From NCBI GenBank assembly GCA_017620525.1, contig JAGAUY010000011.1, positions 1,902 to 65,901 on the forward strand: 64,000 nucleotides of DNA. The letters run 5' to 3'. Source of the DNA: Oscillospiraceae bacterium. Lineage in GTDB: Bacteria > Bacillota > Clostridia > Oscillospirales > Oscillospiraceae. The notes under the pieces were generated by a model. The model made no database searches, was not told the origin of the DNA, and worked only from the letters and a program-made list of their open reading frames with translations. Shown piece by piece: positions 1 to 9,947 of the stretch (its first letter is position 1; every line of letters begins with the position of its first letter). The position numbers were made by a program, and so were the translations under genes.

Positions 1-1055
1 ATGTTTTCGCGGATGGGAAGCTTGGTGCACAGGCCGTCCTTCTTCCGATCCTCGGGAGCCAGAACGATACCTGCCCTGATGGCGTCCATGGGGTTGTTGA
101 CGGTGACGGTCTTGCCGTCCACGATCAGCTCACCGGAGGACTTGGGGTCAACGCCGAAGATGGCGCGGGTGGTCTCGGTACGACCGGCGCCCATCAGGCC
201 GGCAAAGCCGACGATCTCGCCTGCGTAGACCTCAAAGTTGATGTCGCGGACCATACGGCCGGCATTCAGATTCTTCACTTCGAAGATCTTCTCGCCCTTC
301 TGGCACTCGACGCGGGGGAACTTCTCCTTGATCTCACGGCCAACCATGTGGGTGATGATCTCATCCATGGTGGCATCCTGGAAATTCATGGAGGTGATGT
401 ACTGACCGTCACGCATAATGGTGACGCGGTCGACAATGTGCTGCAGCTCTTCCAGACGGTGGGAGATATAAACGATGCCGCAGCCATCAGCGCGCAGGCG
501 CTTGATGATGCGGAACAGCTCGTCGATCTCCTTGGCGGTCAGAGCAGAAGTGGGTTCGTCCATGATCAGGACCTTGGCATTGATGGACAGCGCCTTGGCG
601 ATCTCGACCATCTGCTGCTTGGAAACAGGCAGATTGCCAACCATCTCACTGGGGGAGATGTCGATCTTCAGATCGCTCAGAATCTGGGCGGCTTCCGTCT
701 CCATTGCCTTCATGTCGATCATGAAGCCCTTCTTCTTTTCACGGCCCAGGAACATATTCTCCGCAACGGTCAGATGGGGGCACATATTCAGTTCCTGATG
801 GATGATGGCAACGCCCAGTGCCTGGGCCTGCTTGGTGTTCAGGTCGCCGCACTGCTGACCGAAAATCTCGACGGTACCGCTGTCTCTGGTATAGACACCG
901 GAAAGGATCTTCATCAGAGTGGACTTACCTGCGCCGTTTTCTCCGAGCAAGGCCATGACCTCGCCGCTGCGCAGCTCAAAGTGGACGTTGTCCAGAGCCT
1001 TGACACCGGGGAAGCTTTTACAGATACCCTGCATAGAGACAATGGTTTCATTCAT
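1..1055 (-). CDS. Sugar ABC transporter ATP-binding protein (RbsA/MglA type), runs off the left edge
   Basis: Not in the ORF track; read manually as MNETIVSMQGICKSFPGVKALDNVHFELRSGEVMALLGENGAGKSTLMK (Walker A), later LIMDEPT and the second-domain GFAGLMGAGRTE. Confidence 0.93.
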   Translation of the reverse strand, partial: MNETIVSMQGICKSFPGVKALDNVHFELRSGEVMALLGENGAGKSTLMKILSGVYTRDSGTVEIFGQQCGDLNTKQAQALGVAIIHQELNMCPHLTVAENMFLGREKKKGFMIDMKAMETEAAQILSDLKIDISPSEMVGNLPVSKQQMVEIAKALSINAKVLIMDEPTSALTAKEIDELFRIIKRLRADGCGIVYISHRLEELQHIVDRVTIMRDGQYITSMNFQDATMDEIITHMVGREIKEKFPRVECQKGEKIFEVKNLNAGRMVRDINFEVYAGEIVGFAGLMGAGRTETTRAIFGVDPKSSGELIVDGKTVTVNNPMDAIRAGIVLAPEDRKKDGLCTKLPIREN

Positions 1056-1345
1056 TTGCTCACTCACCTATCTTTCCTTGGATTGCGATACGGGAACATA
1101 TCGTCCATATGCCCCCGCAAACTCCTGTCCTTACTTTATCATTATTGACCAATTTTGTCAATCAGTTTAACTTTTGTTTTCAGTCAATATCGATAGAAAG
1201 ATCATTTTTTGCACAATCTACCCAATTCTATTTTCGGAATTTCAGTCATTTTGCCACCACGCAATTGTTGCAGAAATTCTCCAGAAATTATAAAATAAGA
1301 GCATCAAAATCCCAACTCTCATCATATTTCAGGAGGTTTCCCAAC

Positions 1346-2212
1346 ATGCTGCATTACATCGACAACGGCTGTCTCCGGGTCGCCGTTTCCACCGCAGGCG
1401 CTGAGCTCATGTCCATCAAAAGTTCCGACGGCACCGAATACCTGTGGCAGGGCGATCCCAAATACTGGACCGACCGTGCACCCAACATTTTCCCCTACGT
1501 TGCCCGGCTGACCAAAGGATGCTATACCTATCAGGGCAAGACCTATCAGATGCCTATTCACGGCTTTGCACCCACGGCACAGTTCGCTGTCACCGAAGCA
1601 AATGACACTTCCGTCACCTTTGCGCTGGAAAGCACTCCGGAATTCTACCAGATGTATCCCTTCCGTTTCCGCTTCTCCATCCACTACTATCTGGAAGCCG
1701 ACAAGCTCCATGTGGAAATGAAGACGGAGAATCTGGACGACAAGGCCATGTATTTTGGTCTCGGCGGTCATCCCGGTATCAATGTGCCGCTGGAAGAGGG
1801 TCTGACCTTTGAGGACTATTTCCTGGAGTTCCCCCCCTGTGCTCTTCGACGCATCGAGTTCACTCCCGCATGCTTCATCACCGGCCGCGACGACCCCTTC
1901 GCTCTGGAAGACAGCAAGTATCCCCTGCACCACGATATGTTCAACGACGATGCCATCGTCCTGAAAGGCGTTCCCGGTCAGGTGACGCTGCGCAGCGCCA
2001 GGGGTAAGAAGGGCGTTACTCTGATCTCCGATCTGCCCATTTACGGATTCTGGCATATGCCCAGGACCGATGCTCCCTACATCTGCCTGGAACCCTGGTC
2101 CAGTCTCCCCTCCCGCCAGGATGTGGTGGAGGATCTGCAGACTCAGTCTGATCTGATCTGCCTGGATGCCGGTAAGGTGTATTCCACCACCTGGTCCCTG
2201 CATTGCTTCTGA
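1346..2212 (+). CDS. Aldose 1-epimerase family protein (LacX-like)
   Basis: GAELMSIK..EYLWQGDPKYW..RAPNIFP, HGFA, GGHPG and YICLEPW motifs; AGGAGG RBS before the ATG at 1346. Confidence 0.9.
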   Translation: MLHYIDNGCLRVAVSTAGAELMSIKSSDGTEYLWQGDPKYWTDRAPNIFPYVARLTKGCYTYQGKTYQMPIHGFAPTAQFAVTEANDTSVTFALESTPEFYQMYPFRFRFSIHYYLEADKLHVEMKTENLDDKAMYFGLGGHPGINVPLEEGLTFEDYFLEFPPCALRRIEFTPACFITGRDDPFALEDSKYPLHHDMFNDDAIVLKGVPGQVTLRSARGKKGVTLISDLPIYGFWHMPRTDAPYICLEPWSSLPSRQDVVEDLQTQSDLICLDAGKVYSTTWSLHCF

Positions 2213-2337
2213 TGACTCAAAACTGTTCAGCGCCATCCGAAACGGATGGCGCTGTTTTTGTTACGAAAATATGACGTCGCTTCAACTCTGTTATCACCCG
2301 GCCCCCTCAAAAATGAGAAGAGCAATGGGCATCTTCT

Positions 2338-3672
2338 TCATTCTGCCACAACCGCAACTCGTTCAATGCCATAGTACCGAAAACAGTCAGCCGCATGGTC
2401 ATCAATCCGCTCTCCGCAGACCAGGATCGGCACTGCCGGAGGACATCCCACCGATGCGGCAGCCAGAACCTTACCCCGGCTTTGACAGACCGGTAATATC
2501 TGCGCCGCAGACAGCATAGCCTCCCGGATGGACATCACCCGCTCCACCCCCTGAAAACAGGGCGGCCGCCTCTGAATCGGCGGACGCCGGTCTATTGCAA
2601 GCAGCGCTTCTTCCAGACGAACCAGGCCGTGCTTTCCGGTCTCCGGTGTCAGCATCAGAACAAGATAATCCGGATCCGCAAATTCACAAACGATCTCCCG
2701 GGCCAAAAGGTACTCCGCCAGTTCTTTTCCCTCATAGCCGAAGGGCTTCGCGCTGATGGTAACCTTCAGCAGTTCCTCCCCGCAGAGTACAAATCCATGT
2801 TCCCGCAGCCGACGCTTCAGTGCATCGGCTGCCGGCAGAAAACTCCCAAGTTTCCGGGAGTATTCCTCCAAATACGGATTTGCCAGATCGAGCGACTGCA
2901 ATATCAGATACGACGGACTGGTAGAGCCGAAAAGCGCCAGCGCATTCTTCGCGTATGCGGCCAGTTCTTCAACCGCCCCGGACAAATGCAGGTAAGCACC
3001 GCCGGTAAGCACAGGCAGCGTTTTATGGGCGGAAGAACAGCAAATATCCGCGCCCAGATCAACGGGAAACAGCGATTCCGGCAGAAAGCGCAGATAAGCA
3101 CCATGGGCATTGTCCACCAGCAAAAGCGTACCGTGATCATGGCACACCGCAGCCAATCCTGCGATATCCGCCTGATGACCCAGATAATCCGGACTGGTCA
3201 GATAGACTGCCGCCGGCTTTTTCCCAGCACCGGACAGCTGCCGCTCCAGCGCTGCGGGTGTCAGGCAGCAGGACAGATAGGATTCCTGCCTTTCCGGATA
3301 CAGCCACAACACTTCCAGATCCAGCAGCGCTGCCGCGCTGAGAAACGTTTTATGAACGTTCCGCGCCGCTGCGATCACTGGCCTTCGTCCATTCTTTCGC
3401 CCGTGGAGCACCGCCAGATGCAGCATCGCCCGGATGCACTGGGATGAGCCTTCCGTGGAATAAAACGTACTGCAGCCGAACAGCCTGCCTGCGTTGGCCT
3501 CACTCTGGGCAATGATCCCATCGGCTTCGTACAGACTGTCGGCACCGTCAATCTCCGTGATGTCCAGATGCTCCATTCCCAAAAACCCAGTCCCCTTGTG
3601 CCCCGGCATATGCAGCCGCAGCATCTGCTTTTCGGCATAAGCGCGGACATAATCGCAGATGGGTGTCTTCAT
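2338..3672 (-). CDS. PLP-dependent Orn/Lys/Arg decarboxylase family protein
   Basis: HMPGHKG, DITEIDGADSL, LLVDNAHG, SAHKTLP (PLP Lys) and STSPSY motifs. Confidence 0.88.
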   Translation of the reverse strand: MKTPICDYVRAYAEKQMLRLHMPGHKGTGFLGMEHLDITEIDGADSLYEADGIIAQSEANAGRLFGCSTFYSTEGSSQCIRAMLHLAVLHGRKNGRRPVIAAARNVHKTFLSAAALLDLEVLWLYPERQESYLSCCLTPAALERQLSGAGKKPAAVYLTSPDYLGHQADIAGLAAVCHDHGTLLLVDNAHGAYLRFLPESLFPVDLGADICCSSAHKTLPVLTGGAYLHLSGAVEELAAYAKNALALFGSTSPSYLILQSLDLANPYLEEYSRKLGSFLPAADALKRRLREHGFVLCGEELLKVTISAKPFGYEGKELAEYLLAREIVCEFADPDYLVLMLTPETGKHGLVRLEEALLAIDRRPPIQRRPPCFQGVERVMSIREAMLSAAQILPVCQSRGKVLAAASVGCPPAVPILVCGERIDDHAADCFRYYGIERVAVVAE

Positions 3673-3673
3673 C

Positions 3674-5053
3674 TCATTCTCCCAGAGCCCTGGCTATGGC
3701 AACCATGATGGCACATTCCATCCGCTTGCGGAAAAGACGGCAGCCTTTTTCATAGACACCGGTGACAGAACCGGTTGCATGATAAGCATTGGCCGCGCAG
3801 CCGCCGGAGCAATAGAGCCGTGCCCAGCAGTCCCGGCACTCTTCATGGGCATAGACATTGCAGGCAGCGAACTGCCCCTGAATCTCCCGGTTAATAACAC
3901 CTTCCCAGATATCTCCCAGCCGGAACTTCTCATCACCCACAAACTGATGGCACGGATACAGATCACCCCAGGGGGTCACAGCCATATACTCGGTACCGCT
4001 GCCGCAGCCGGAGATCCGCTTATAGATGCAGGGGCCTCCGGTCAGATCGATCATATAGTGGTAGAAGGTAAATGGTCTGCCCTCTTTGTCCCGCTCCAGC
4101 ATCAGCTGCGCCAGCTGCTCGTACTGTTCCATGACGATGGCGAGGTCGTCTTCCGTCAGCTCCGAAGGATCACCGGGAGCACAGACCACCGGCTCCATGC
4201 TCAACTCCGTGAATCCCAGATCCAGCATCTGCCGGATATCCTTCAGAAAATCCGGATTCGCATGGGTAAAGGTGCCGCGCATATAGTATCCCTTACCTTC
4301 CCTTGCTTCCACGAATCTCTGGAATTTGGGAACGATCTTCTCCCAACTGCCGTTTCCGGCATAGTCCACCCGGTAGCGGTCATGGATCTCCTTCCGGCCA
4401 TCCAGACTCAGCACTACATTGTGGCATTCCCGGTTTGCAAAATCGATGACATCCTCATCCACCAGCACGCCGTTGGTCGTCAGCGTAAAGCGGAAGTTTT
4501 TTCCCTTCTCCTTCTCGATGCTCCGGGCATAGGTCACCAGATCCTTTACCACCTGGAAATTCATCAGCGGCTCACCGCCGAAGAAATCCACTTCCAGATT
4601 CCGCCGGGTGCCGGAATTTTCCACCAGGAAATCCAGCGCCCGTTTGCCGACCTCAAAACTCATGACCGCCCGGTCGCCATTGTATTTGCCCTGGCTGGCG
4701 AAACAATAGGCGCAGTTCAGATTGCAGGTGTGGGCCACATGCAGGCACAGCGCCTTGACAACACCGGCCGTCTTTTCCTTCAGCTGACCTGCCATGGGTG
4801 CAAAGGTATCCGGTGCGAAGAGCCTGCCCGCATCCTTCAGACCCGCCACCTGGTCATAGCACTCCTCCAGATCCCCGGGGGTAATGTCATCCCGGCATGC
4901 GTACTTTTCCGCCATTGCCGCCAGCACCGCTTCCCGGCTGCAGGTCTCGAACATTCCGATGATGTCATAGGCGACCTCATCCACCACATGGACGCTGCCG
5001 GAGCAGACATCCAGCACAATATTGAAGCCGCCCAGTTTGTATTGATGTATCAT
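3674..5053 (-). CDS. scfB: Thioether cross-link-forming SCIFF radical SAM/SPASM maturase
   Basis: CNLNCAYC, VDFFGGEP, GPCIYKRISGCGSG and SPASM CxxC..CSGGC; start trimmed to MIHQYK after an AAGGAG RBS. Confidence 0.95.
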   Translation of the reverse strand: MIHQYKLGGFNIVLDVCSGSVHVVDEVAYDIIGMFETCSREAVLAAMAEKYACRDDITPGDLEECYDQVAGLKDAGRLFAPDTFAPMAGQLKEKTAGVVKALCLHVAHTCNLNCAYCFASQGKYNGDRAVMSFEVGKRALDFLVENSGTRRNLEVDFFGGEPLMNFQVVKDLVTYARSIEKEKGKNFRFTLTTNGVLVDEDVIDFANRECHNVVLSLDGRKEIHDRYRVDYAGNGSWEKIVPKFQRFVEAREGKGYYMRGTFTHANPDFLKDIRQMLDLGFTELSMEPVVCAPGDPSELTEDDLAIVMEQYEQLAQLMLERDKEGRPFTFYHYMIDLTGGPCIYKRISGCGSGTEYMAVTPWGDLYPCHQFVGDEKFRLGDIWEGVINREIQGQFAACNVYAHEECRDCWARLYCSGGCAANAYHATGSVTGVYEKGCRLFRKRMECAIMVAIARALGE

Positions 5054-5074
5054 TTTATGATTCTCCTTATTAAG

Positions 5075-5104
5075 AAAAAATGCCGCCGGAGCCGGCGGCA
5101 TTTT
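5075..5104 (-). terminator. Stem-loop with U-tract between scfA and scfB
   Basis: aaaaaatgccgccgg-ag-ccggcggcatttt inverted repeat. Confidence 0.75.
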
Positions 5105-5114
5105 GTTATGGGAA

Positions 5115-5267
5115 TTACTTGCTTTCCTTCTTGCTCTCGCACTGCTGATTGGCAATACCGCAGCTGGTCTTGCAGGCAGACTGGCAGGAGGTCTGGCATT
5201 CGCCGCATCCGCCGTTGCGGGCGCTCTCACACAGATTGCGGGTTTCGATGGTCTTGATGTGTTCCAT
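5115..5267 (-). CDS. scfA: SCIFF ranthipeptide precursor (50 aa)
   Basis: Manual translation MEHIKTIETRNLCESARNGGCGECQTSCQSACKTSCGIANQQCESKKESK carries the canonical GCGECQTSCQSACKTSC; missed by the ORF track. Confidence 0.97.
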   Translation of the reverse strand: MEHIKTIETRNLCESARNGGCGECQTSCQSACKTSCGIANQQCESKKESK

Positions 5268-5366
5268 AGTGTCACCTTCCATGAATAGATTCCGGGTTTA
5301 GTTTAGCATATTCCATTTTTCATGTCAATCACATTTTTCATACTTTTCATATTTCCGGACACAAAG

Positions 5367-5396
5367 AAAACCTGCCGCGAAACGCGGCAGGTTTTT
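5367..5396. terminator. Intrinsic terminator after the sugar ABC operon
   Basis: aaaacctgccgcg-aaa-cgcggcaggttttt. Confidence 0.85.
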
Positions 5397-5411
5397 GAGT
5401 GTTGGAAAGAA

Positions 5412-6263
5412 TCAGCCCTTGACGGAACCTGCGGTCAGGCCTTCGATCATGTACTTCTGGGCAAAGCCGAAGAGGAACATGGTGGGGACCAGAGCCAGAA
5501 CGGTACCGGCAGCCATTTCGCCCCACTTGATGTTGTACTTCAGGATCAGAGAGTTCAGACCGACGGTAATGGTCTTGAACTTGTCCATATCGACAAACAT
5601 AACAGCCATGAACAGTTCGTTCCAGGAGTTCATGAAGGCGAAGATAGCGGTAGCAGCAATGCCGGGCAGCAGCAGGGGCACGATGACGCTGAACAGCGCA
5701 CGAACGTAGCCGCAGCCGTCGATCCAGGCAGCTTCTTCGATGGAGTTGGAGACGCCAGCGTAGAAGCCGCTCATGGTCACAACAGAGAAGGGGATCGTCA
5801 TGTTGGCATACAGAATGGCCAGGGTACCCAGGCTGTTGGTCATGCCTGCCTTGGACAGCATCTGGTACAGAGGAGCCAGCATGATGAAGGAGGGGATCAT
5901 CTGGGTGATCATGAAGAGCAGATACACGGGGGTCTTCATTCTAAAGTTGAAGCGGGAGATAACGTAGCCGGCCAGGATGCCGCAGAAGGTAGCAACCGCA
6001 GCGGCAAAAGTGGAGGAGATCAGAGAGTTCAGCATGTACTTGCCAAAGTTACCCTTGACCAGCATGTTGATATAATTCTCCATGGTCGGATTGTTGGGGA
6101 TGTAGTCAACAGGTCCGTTAATCTCGGAAGAGGGCTTGAAGGAGGTGGTCAGCATCCACAGGAAGGGGAACATAACCACGACCAGGTAGATGAACAGGAA
6201 GACAAACTTCAGAACGGTGAGTGTCTTCTGCTTCGCTTTTCTCGTATTCAGATTATTAGCCAT
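5412..6263 (-). CDS. Carbohydrate ABC transporter permease (MalG type)
   Basis: EEAAWIDGC EAA loop, FMNSWNE, GLTAGSVKG. Confidence 0.93.
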   Translation of the reverse strand: MANNLNTRKAKQKTLTVLKFVFLFIYLVVVMFPFLWMLTTSFKPSSEINGPVDYIPNNPTMENYINMLVKGNFGKYMLNSLISSTFAAAVATFCGILAGYVISRFNFRMKTPVYLLFMITQMIPSFIMLAPLYQMLSKAGMTNSLGTLAILYANMTIPFSVVTMSGFYAGVSNSIEEAAWIDGCGYVRALFSVIVPLLLPGIAATAIFAFMNSWNELFMAVMFVDMDKFKTITVGLNSLILKYNIKWGEMAAGTVLALVPTMFLFGFAQKYMIEGLTAGSVKG

Positions 6264-6267
6264 AGCA

Positions 6268-7170
6268 TTAGTCCTCACTTGTGTACTTGGTCGCGCCCAT
6301 GTAGACCAGAGTGAAAATTGCCAGGAAGGCAATGACCATCAGGCCGACTGCGGAAGCCTTACCGTAATCCATACTGTAGACCAGCGTCATCATGTAGGAC
6401 GTAATGATCTGAGAGGAGTTGGCGGGGCCGCCGGAGGTCATGGAGTAGATCAGGTCGGGGAAGTTGAAGATCCAGATGACACGCATCAGGACAGTCATCA
6501 ACAGGACGGACTTAATGGAGGGAACGGTGACATTGAAGAACTGCTGGATCTTGCTTGCACCGTCCATATCAGCTGCTTCATACAGCTCAGGAGCAACACC
6601 GCGCAGAGCAGCGGTGATCATGATGGTGAAGAAAGGAATGCCGTACCAGACATTGGCGATCATACAAGACAGCAGAGCAGTCTCCTTCTGTGCCAGCCAG
6701 CCGACGTTGGTCTCGATCAGGCCCAGGTTCATCAGCAGATCATTGATAACACCGTTGGAGCCGTTGAACATCCAGCGCCACATAATACCAATCAGGAAGC
6801 CGGAAACAGCATAGGGGAAGAAAATCAGGCCCTGGTAGAGGCCGGCGCCTTTGAACTTCTTCTTCAGCATCAGGGACAGGGCAAAGCCCAGGGTAAACTG
6901 AAGAGCCAGGGAAACGACGACCCAAATCACAGTGTTCTTTGCGATCTGGCCGAAGTCAACACCTGCCTCATTGGACAGGATATTTGCGAAGTTATCGAAG
7001 CCACACCAGGACACGTTCTTGATGTCCATCAGGGTGTAGTTCTGGAATGCCATAACACCGCCCTTGATCAGGGGGTAATAGGTAAAGATCAGAGGCAGCA
7101 GTATAGCAGGGAGCAGCATACAGAAGATAAAAATATTTCTTCTTTGGCCGAGTCTTTTATTAGACTTCAT
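6268..7170 (-). CDS. Carbohydrate ABC transporter permease (MalF type)
   Basis: ELYEAADMDGAS EAA loop, TSGGPANSS. Confidence 0.93.
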   Translation of the reverse strand: MKSNKRLGQRRNIFIFCMLLPAILLPLIFTYYPLIKGGVMAFQNYTLMDIKNVSWCGFDNFANILSNEAGVDFGQIAKNTVIWVVVSLALQFTLGFALSLMLKKKFKGAGLYQGLIFFPYAVSGFLIGIMWRWMFNGSNGVINDLLMNLGLIETNVGWLAQKETALLSCMIANVWYGIPFFTIMITAALRGVAPELYEAADMDGASKIQQFFNVTVPSIKSVLLMTVLMRVIWIFNFPDLIYSMTSGGPANSSQIITSYMMTLVYSMDYGKASAVGLMVIAFLAIFTLVYMGATKYTSED

Positions 7171-7295
7171 TATGAGTTCCTCCTGCAGGTCAGGTCGAAT
7201 AGTTCGTAAACAGAACGCCCATATCGGGCATATCGGGCGGCCGGAATTCCATAAGCATGGATGCCGCGTCAAATTTTGGAATCAATTACTGAACA

Positions 7296-7325
7296 GGGGG
7301 CAAAGTCCGAAGGGACTTTGCCCCC
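7296..7325 (-). promoter_or_regulatory. Stem-loop after the SBP gene (mRNA stabiliser or partial terminator)
   Basis: gggggcaaagtcc-gaag-ggactttgccccc. Confidence 0.6.
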
Positions 7326-7369
7326 GCCATGGGTTAATCAATCAGTGAAATCAGAGAGAATCTCTCAGA

Positions 7370-8671
7370 TTACCACAGCTGGCCTTCAGTCTCGTAAGCC
7401 TCGATCCAGAACTCGTCCAGCCACTGCAGCAGCTCGTCGTCAGTGATCTCGTCCAGCAGGAACTTCTGGTACATAGCATCAGCCTCGGTCTTGAAGGTTG
7501 CGAAAGCAACATACATCTGAGGCTCGGTAGCATGACGGTAAACAGCAGGCTGACCAGCCATCTCGGAGTAGCAAGCGAAGTAGCCATCGGAGAAAGCGTC
7601 GCTGAAGTCGGAAGCGTTGGTGTGGATGGGAACCATTGCGTGGTTAGCAGCGTAGGTAGCGTTGTTCTCGGGGTTGCTCAGGTACAGCAGGAATGCTGCA
7701 GCAGCGTCCTTGTTCTCGCAGTCAGCAGCCATGCCCCAGCCGCCAAAGCCGTTGGGGAAGACAGCCTCACCGGAGGGACCGATGGGGAAGGGAGCGGTAT
7801 TCCAGGTGCCTTCTTCCATGTCGACGGAGCAGTTAGCGATAACTTCAGCGTCCTGGATCAGGAAAGCGGTGGTGCCGCCGATGAAGCCTTCAACCATTTC
7901 GGAGAAAGCCCATGCGATGGAGTCAGAGGGAGAAGCCTGGAACAGTTCCTTGTAGTATGCCAGAGCTTCCTTGCACTCGGGCAGAGTGAAGATGGTAGCG
8001 CCGTTACCGTCCTTCAGGTAGTAGCCGGCATTGGGGTCAGCCAGCTTGTCAACACCGATGTAGGACCAGTAAATGGTGTCGATGTACTGGTAGCCGCTGG
8101 AGCCGCCACGGAAGGAGTAGCCGAAGAAGTTGCTGCCAGCGTCAGTCAGGGTCTGGGAAGCTTCCAGCAGTTCCTGCCAGGTGGTGGGAACAGCAACGCC
8201 AGCGTCAGCCAGAACGTCCTCACGGTAGTACAGGCATCTCTGGTAGAAACCGGAGGGAACCAGATAGCACTTGCCGTCCAGCTGGTGCATGGAGGTCCAG
8301 GAGTCCTCGGACAGGGTGTCCTTGTGCTCCCACTCAGCAACATAGGGATCCAGGTCAGCCAGCCACTCGTTGTTAACGTACTGAGCGATGGTCTGGTCAC
8401 GGACCTCAATGATGTCGGCTTCGCCGTTCATCAGCATCTGAGAGATCTTAGCGTCAGCGTTCTCCAGGGGGGGAGAGATCAGCTCGATGTGGACATTGGG
8501 GTTTTCTGCTTCGTACTTGTCGATGATGCCCTGAATGGTAGCGGTACGCTCAGGGCTGGTCAGAGATTCGACCATGGTGATGGTGACTTTCTCTGCTTCC
8601 TTGCTGCCACAGCCAGCAAAGAGGGTTGCCAGCATTGCGACTGCCAGCAGGATTGCCAGGAATTTTTTCAT
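7370..8671 (-). CDS. Sugar ABC substrate-binding lipoprotein
   Basis: Lipobox LFAGC, LYYREDVL..AGV.VPTTW. Confidence 0.92.
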   Translation of the reverse strand: MKKFLAILLAVAMLATLFAGCGSKEAEKVTITMVESLTSPERTATIQGIIDKYEAENPNVHIELISPPLENADAKISQMLMNGEADIIEVRDQTIAQYVNNEWLADLDPYVAEWEHKDTLSEDSWTSMHQLDGKCYLVPSGFYQRCLYYREDVLADAGVAVPTTWQELLEASQTLTDAGSNFFGYSFRGGSSGYQYIDTIYWSYIGVDKLADPNAGYYLKDGNGATIFTLPECKEALAYYKELFQASPSDSIAWAFSEMVEGFIGGTTAFLIQDAEVIANCSVDMEEGTWNTAPFPIGPSGEAVFPNGFGGWGMAADCENKDAAAAFLLYLSNPENNATYAANHAMVPIHTNASDFSDAFSDGYFACYSEMAGQPAVYRHATEPQMYVAFATFKTEADAMYQKFLLDEITDDELLQWLDEFWIEAYETEGQLW

Positions 8672-8705
8672 CTTGTTTTTCCTCCTCGTTTATTTGGGTC
8701 TTCGC

Positions 8706-9887
8706 TTAAATATTAGCAAGTGCGTCGTCCAGATCGGCAATCAGGGCGTCGACACCTTCTAATCCAATGTGCAGACGGATGGTGTTCTGGTCACCACCCA
8801 TCCACTGGGCCTTCTCGTCGCTCAGGCGAAGCATGGGCATACAGGCCAGGCTCTCGAAGCCGCCCCAGGAAACACCGATCTTAAAGACCTTCAGGCTGTT
8901 GACAATCTGCTTTGCCTGTTCCTTGGTGCCTTCGATTTCGAAGCTCAGCAGGCCGGTGCAGCCGCGCATCTGCTTCTTGTACAGCTCATGCTGGGGGAAG
9001 GATTCCAGTCCGGGATAATTGACTTTGCGAACCTTGGGATGGTTCTCCAGGTACTGTGCAACTTTCAGTGCTGCCGCGCCGTGAGCGGGAACGCGAACGC
9101 TCAGCGTACGCACGCCGCGCAGCGTCAGCCATGCTTCCATGGGTCCGATGATGCCGCCCAGAAGCTCACGCTTGTCCGCAACCACCTTGGCAAAGTCAGG
9201 ATCCTTGACAACCAGAACGCCGCCGATGACGTCGCTGTGGCCGCCCAGATACTTGGAGATGGTGTGCATGACGATATCGGCACCCAGATCCAGAGGATTC
9301 TGGTACACAGGGGTGCAGAAGGTGTTGTCGATGTAGACCTTTGCTCCCACCGCATGGGCCAGTTCTGCCACAGCGGCGATGTCCTGCAGGAAGAAGGTAA
9401 CGGAAGCGGGGCTCTCCAAAATAACCAGCTGGGTATTCTCGGTAATTGCTTCCTTAAACTCCTCCACGCTGTTGCCCTCGACCCAGGTAATGGTGGTGCC
9501 CATGGCAGCGGGGCAATGCTCGGAAACATAGTTTGCCAAAGGACCGTAAGCATTGCGGATACAGACGATGTTACCGCCGGCCTTCACGGTAGCCTGGACT
9601 GCAGTCGTGGCAGCTGCCATGCCGGAGGAGAAGACATAAGATGCGCAGCCATGCTCCAGCGCGGCCAGCTTGTCTTCCAGAATACGGACAGTGGGGTTCT
9701 GCACACGGCCATAAATATAGGTGTGCTTGTCAAACTTGTCAGCATCGAAGTAAGCATCGATGTTGGGGAAAATGTTCAAAGAGTTCATGTAGATGGGGGG
9801 GACGATGGCATTGTAGTAGCGCTCGTATTCCTCGCCATAGTGAGCAGTAATCATTTCAGGACTGCTCTTGTAAAATTCCTGATCCAT
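8706..9887 (-). CDS. Cys/Met metabolism PLP enzyme (cystathionine lyase/synthase or methionine gamma-lyase family)
   Basis: YGRVQNPT, FSSGMAA, IDNTF, HTISKYLGGHSD, SWGGFESL, IRLHIGLE. Confidence 0.9.
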   Translation of the reverse strand: MDQEFYKSSPEMITAHYGEEYERYYNAIVPPIYMNSLNIFPNIDAYFDADKFDKHTYIYGRVQNPTVRILEDKLAALEHGCASYVFSSGMAAATTAVQATVKAGGNIVCIRNAYGPLANYVSEHCPAAMGTTITWVEGNSVEEFKEAITENTQLVILESPASVTFFLQDIAAVAELAHAVGAKVYIDNTFCTPVYQNPLDLGADIVMHTISKYLGGHSDVIGGVLVVKDPDFAKVVADKRELLGGIIGPMEAWLTLRGVRTLSVRVPAHGAAALKVAQYLENHPKVRKVNYPGLESFPQHELYKKQMRGCTGLLSFEIEGTKEQAKQIVNSLKVFKIGVSWGGFESLACMPMLRLSDEKAQWMGGDQNTIRLHIGLEGVDALIADLDDALANI

Positions 9888-9947
9888 TTTTCAATCTCCT
9901 TTATAAAATCTTGATAAACGGTGGCACAGAGCCGCCAAGAATTCACA

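Noticed and set aside
348-1148. 266-aa plus-strand ORF
   Set aside because: Shadow of the minus-strand ABC ATPase that the ORF track missed
5054-5275. N-terminal extension of the scfB ORF
   Set aside because: Overlaps scfA in another frame and a terminator; the RBS supports the start at 5053
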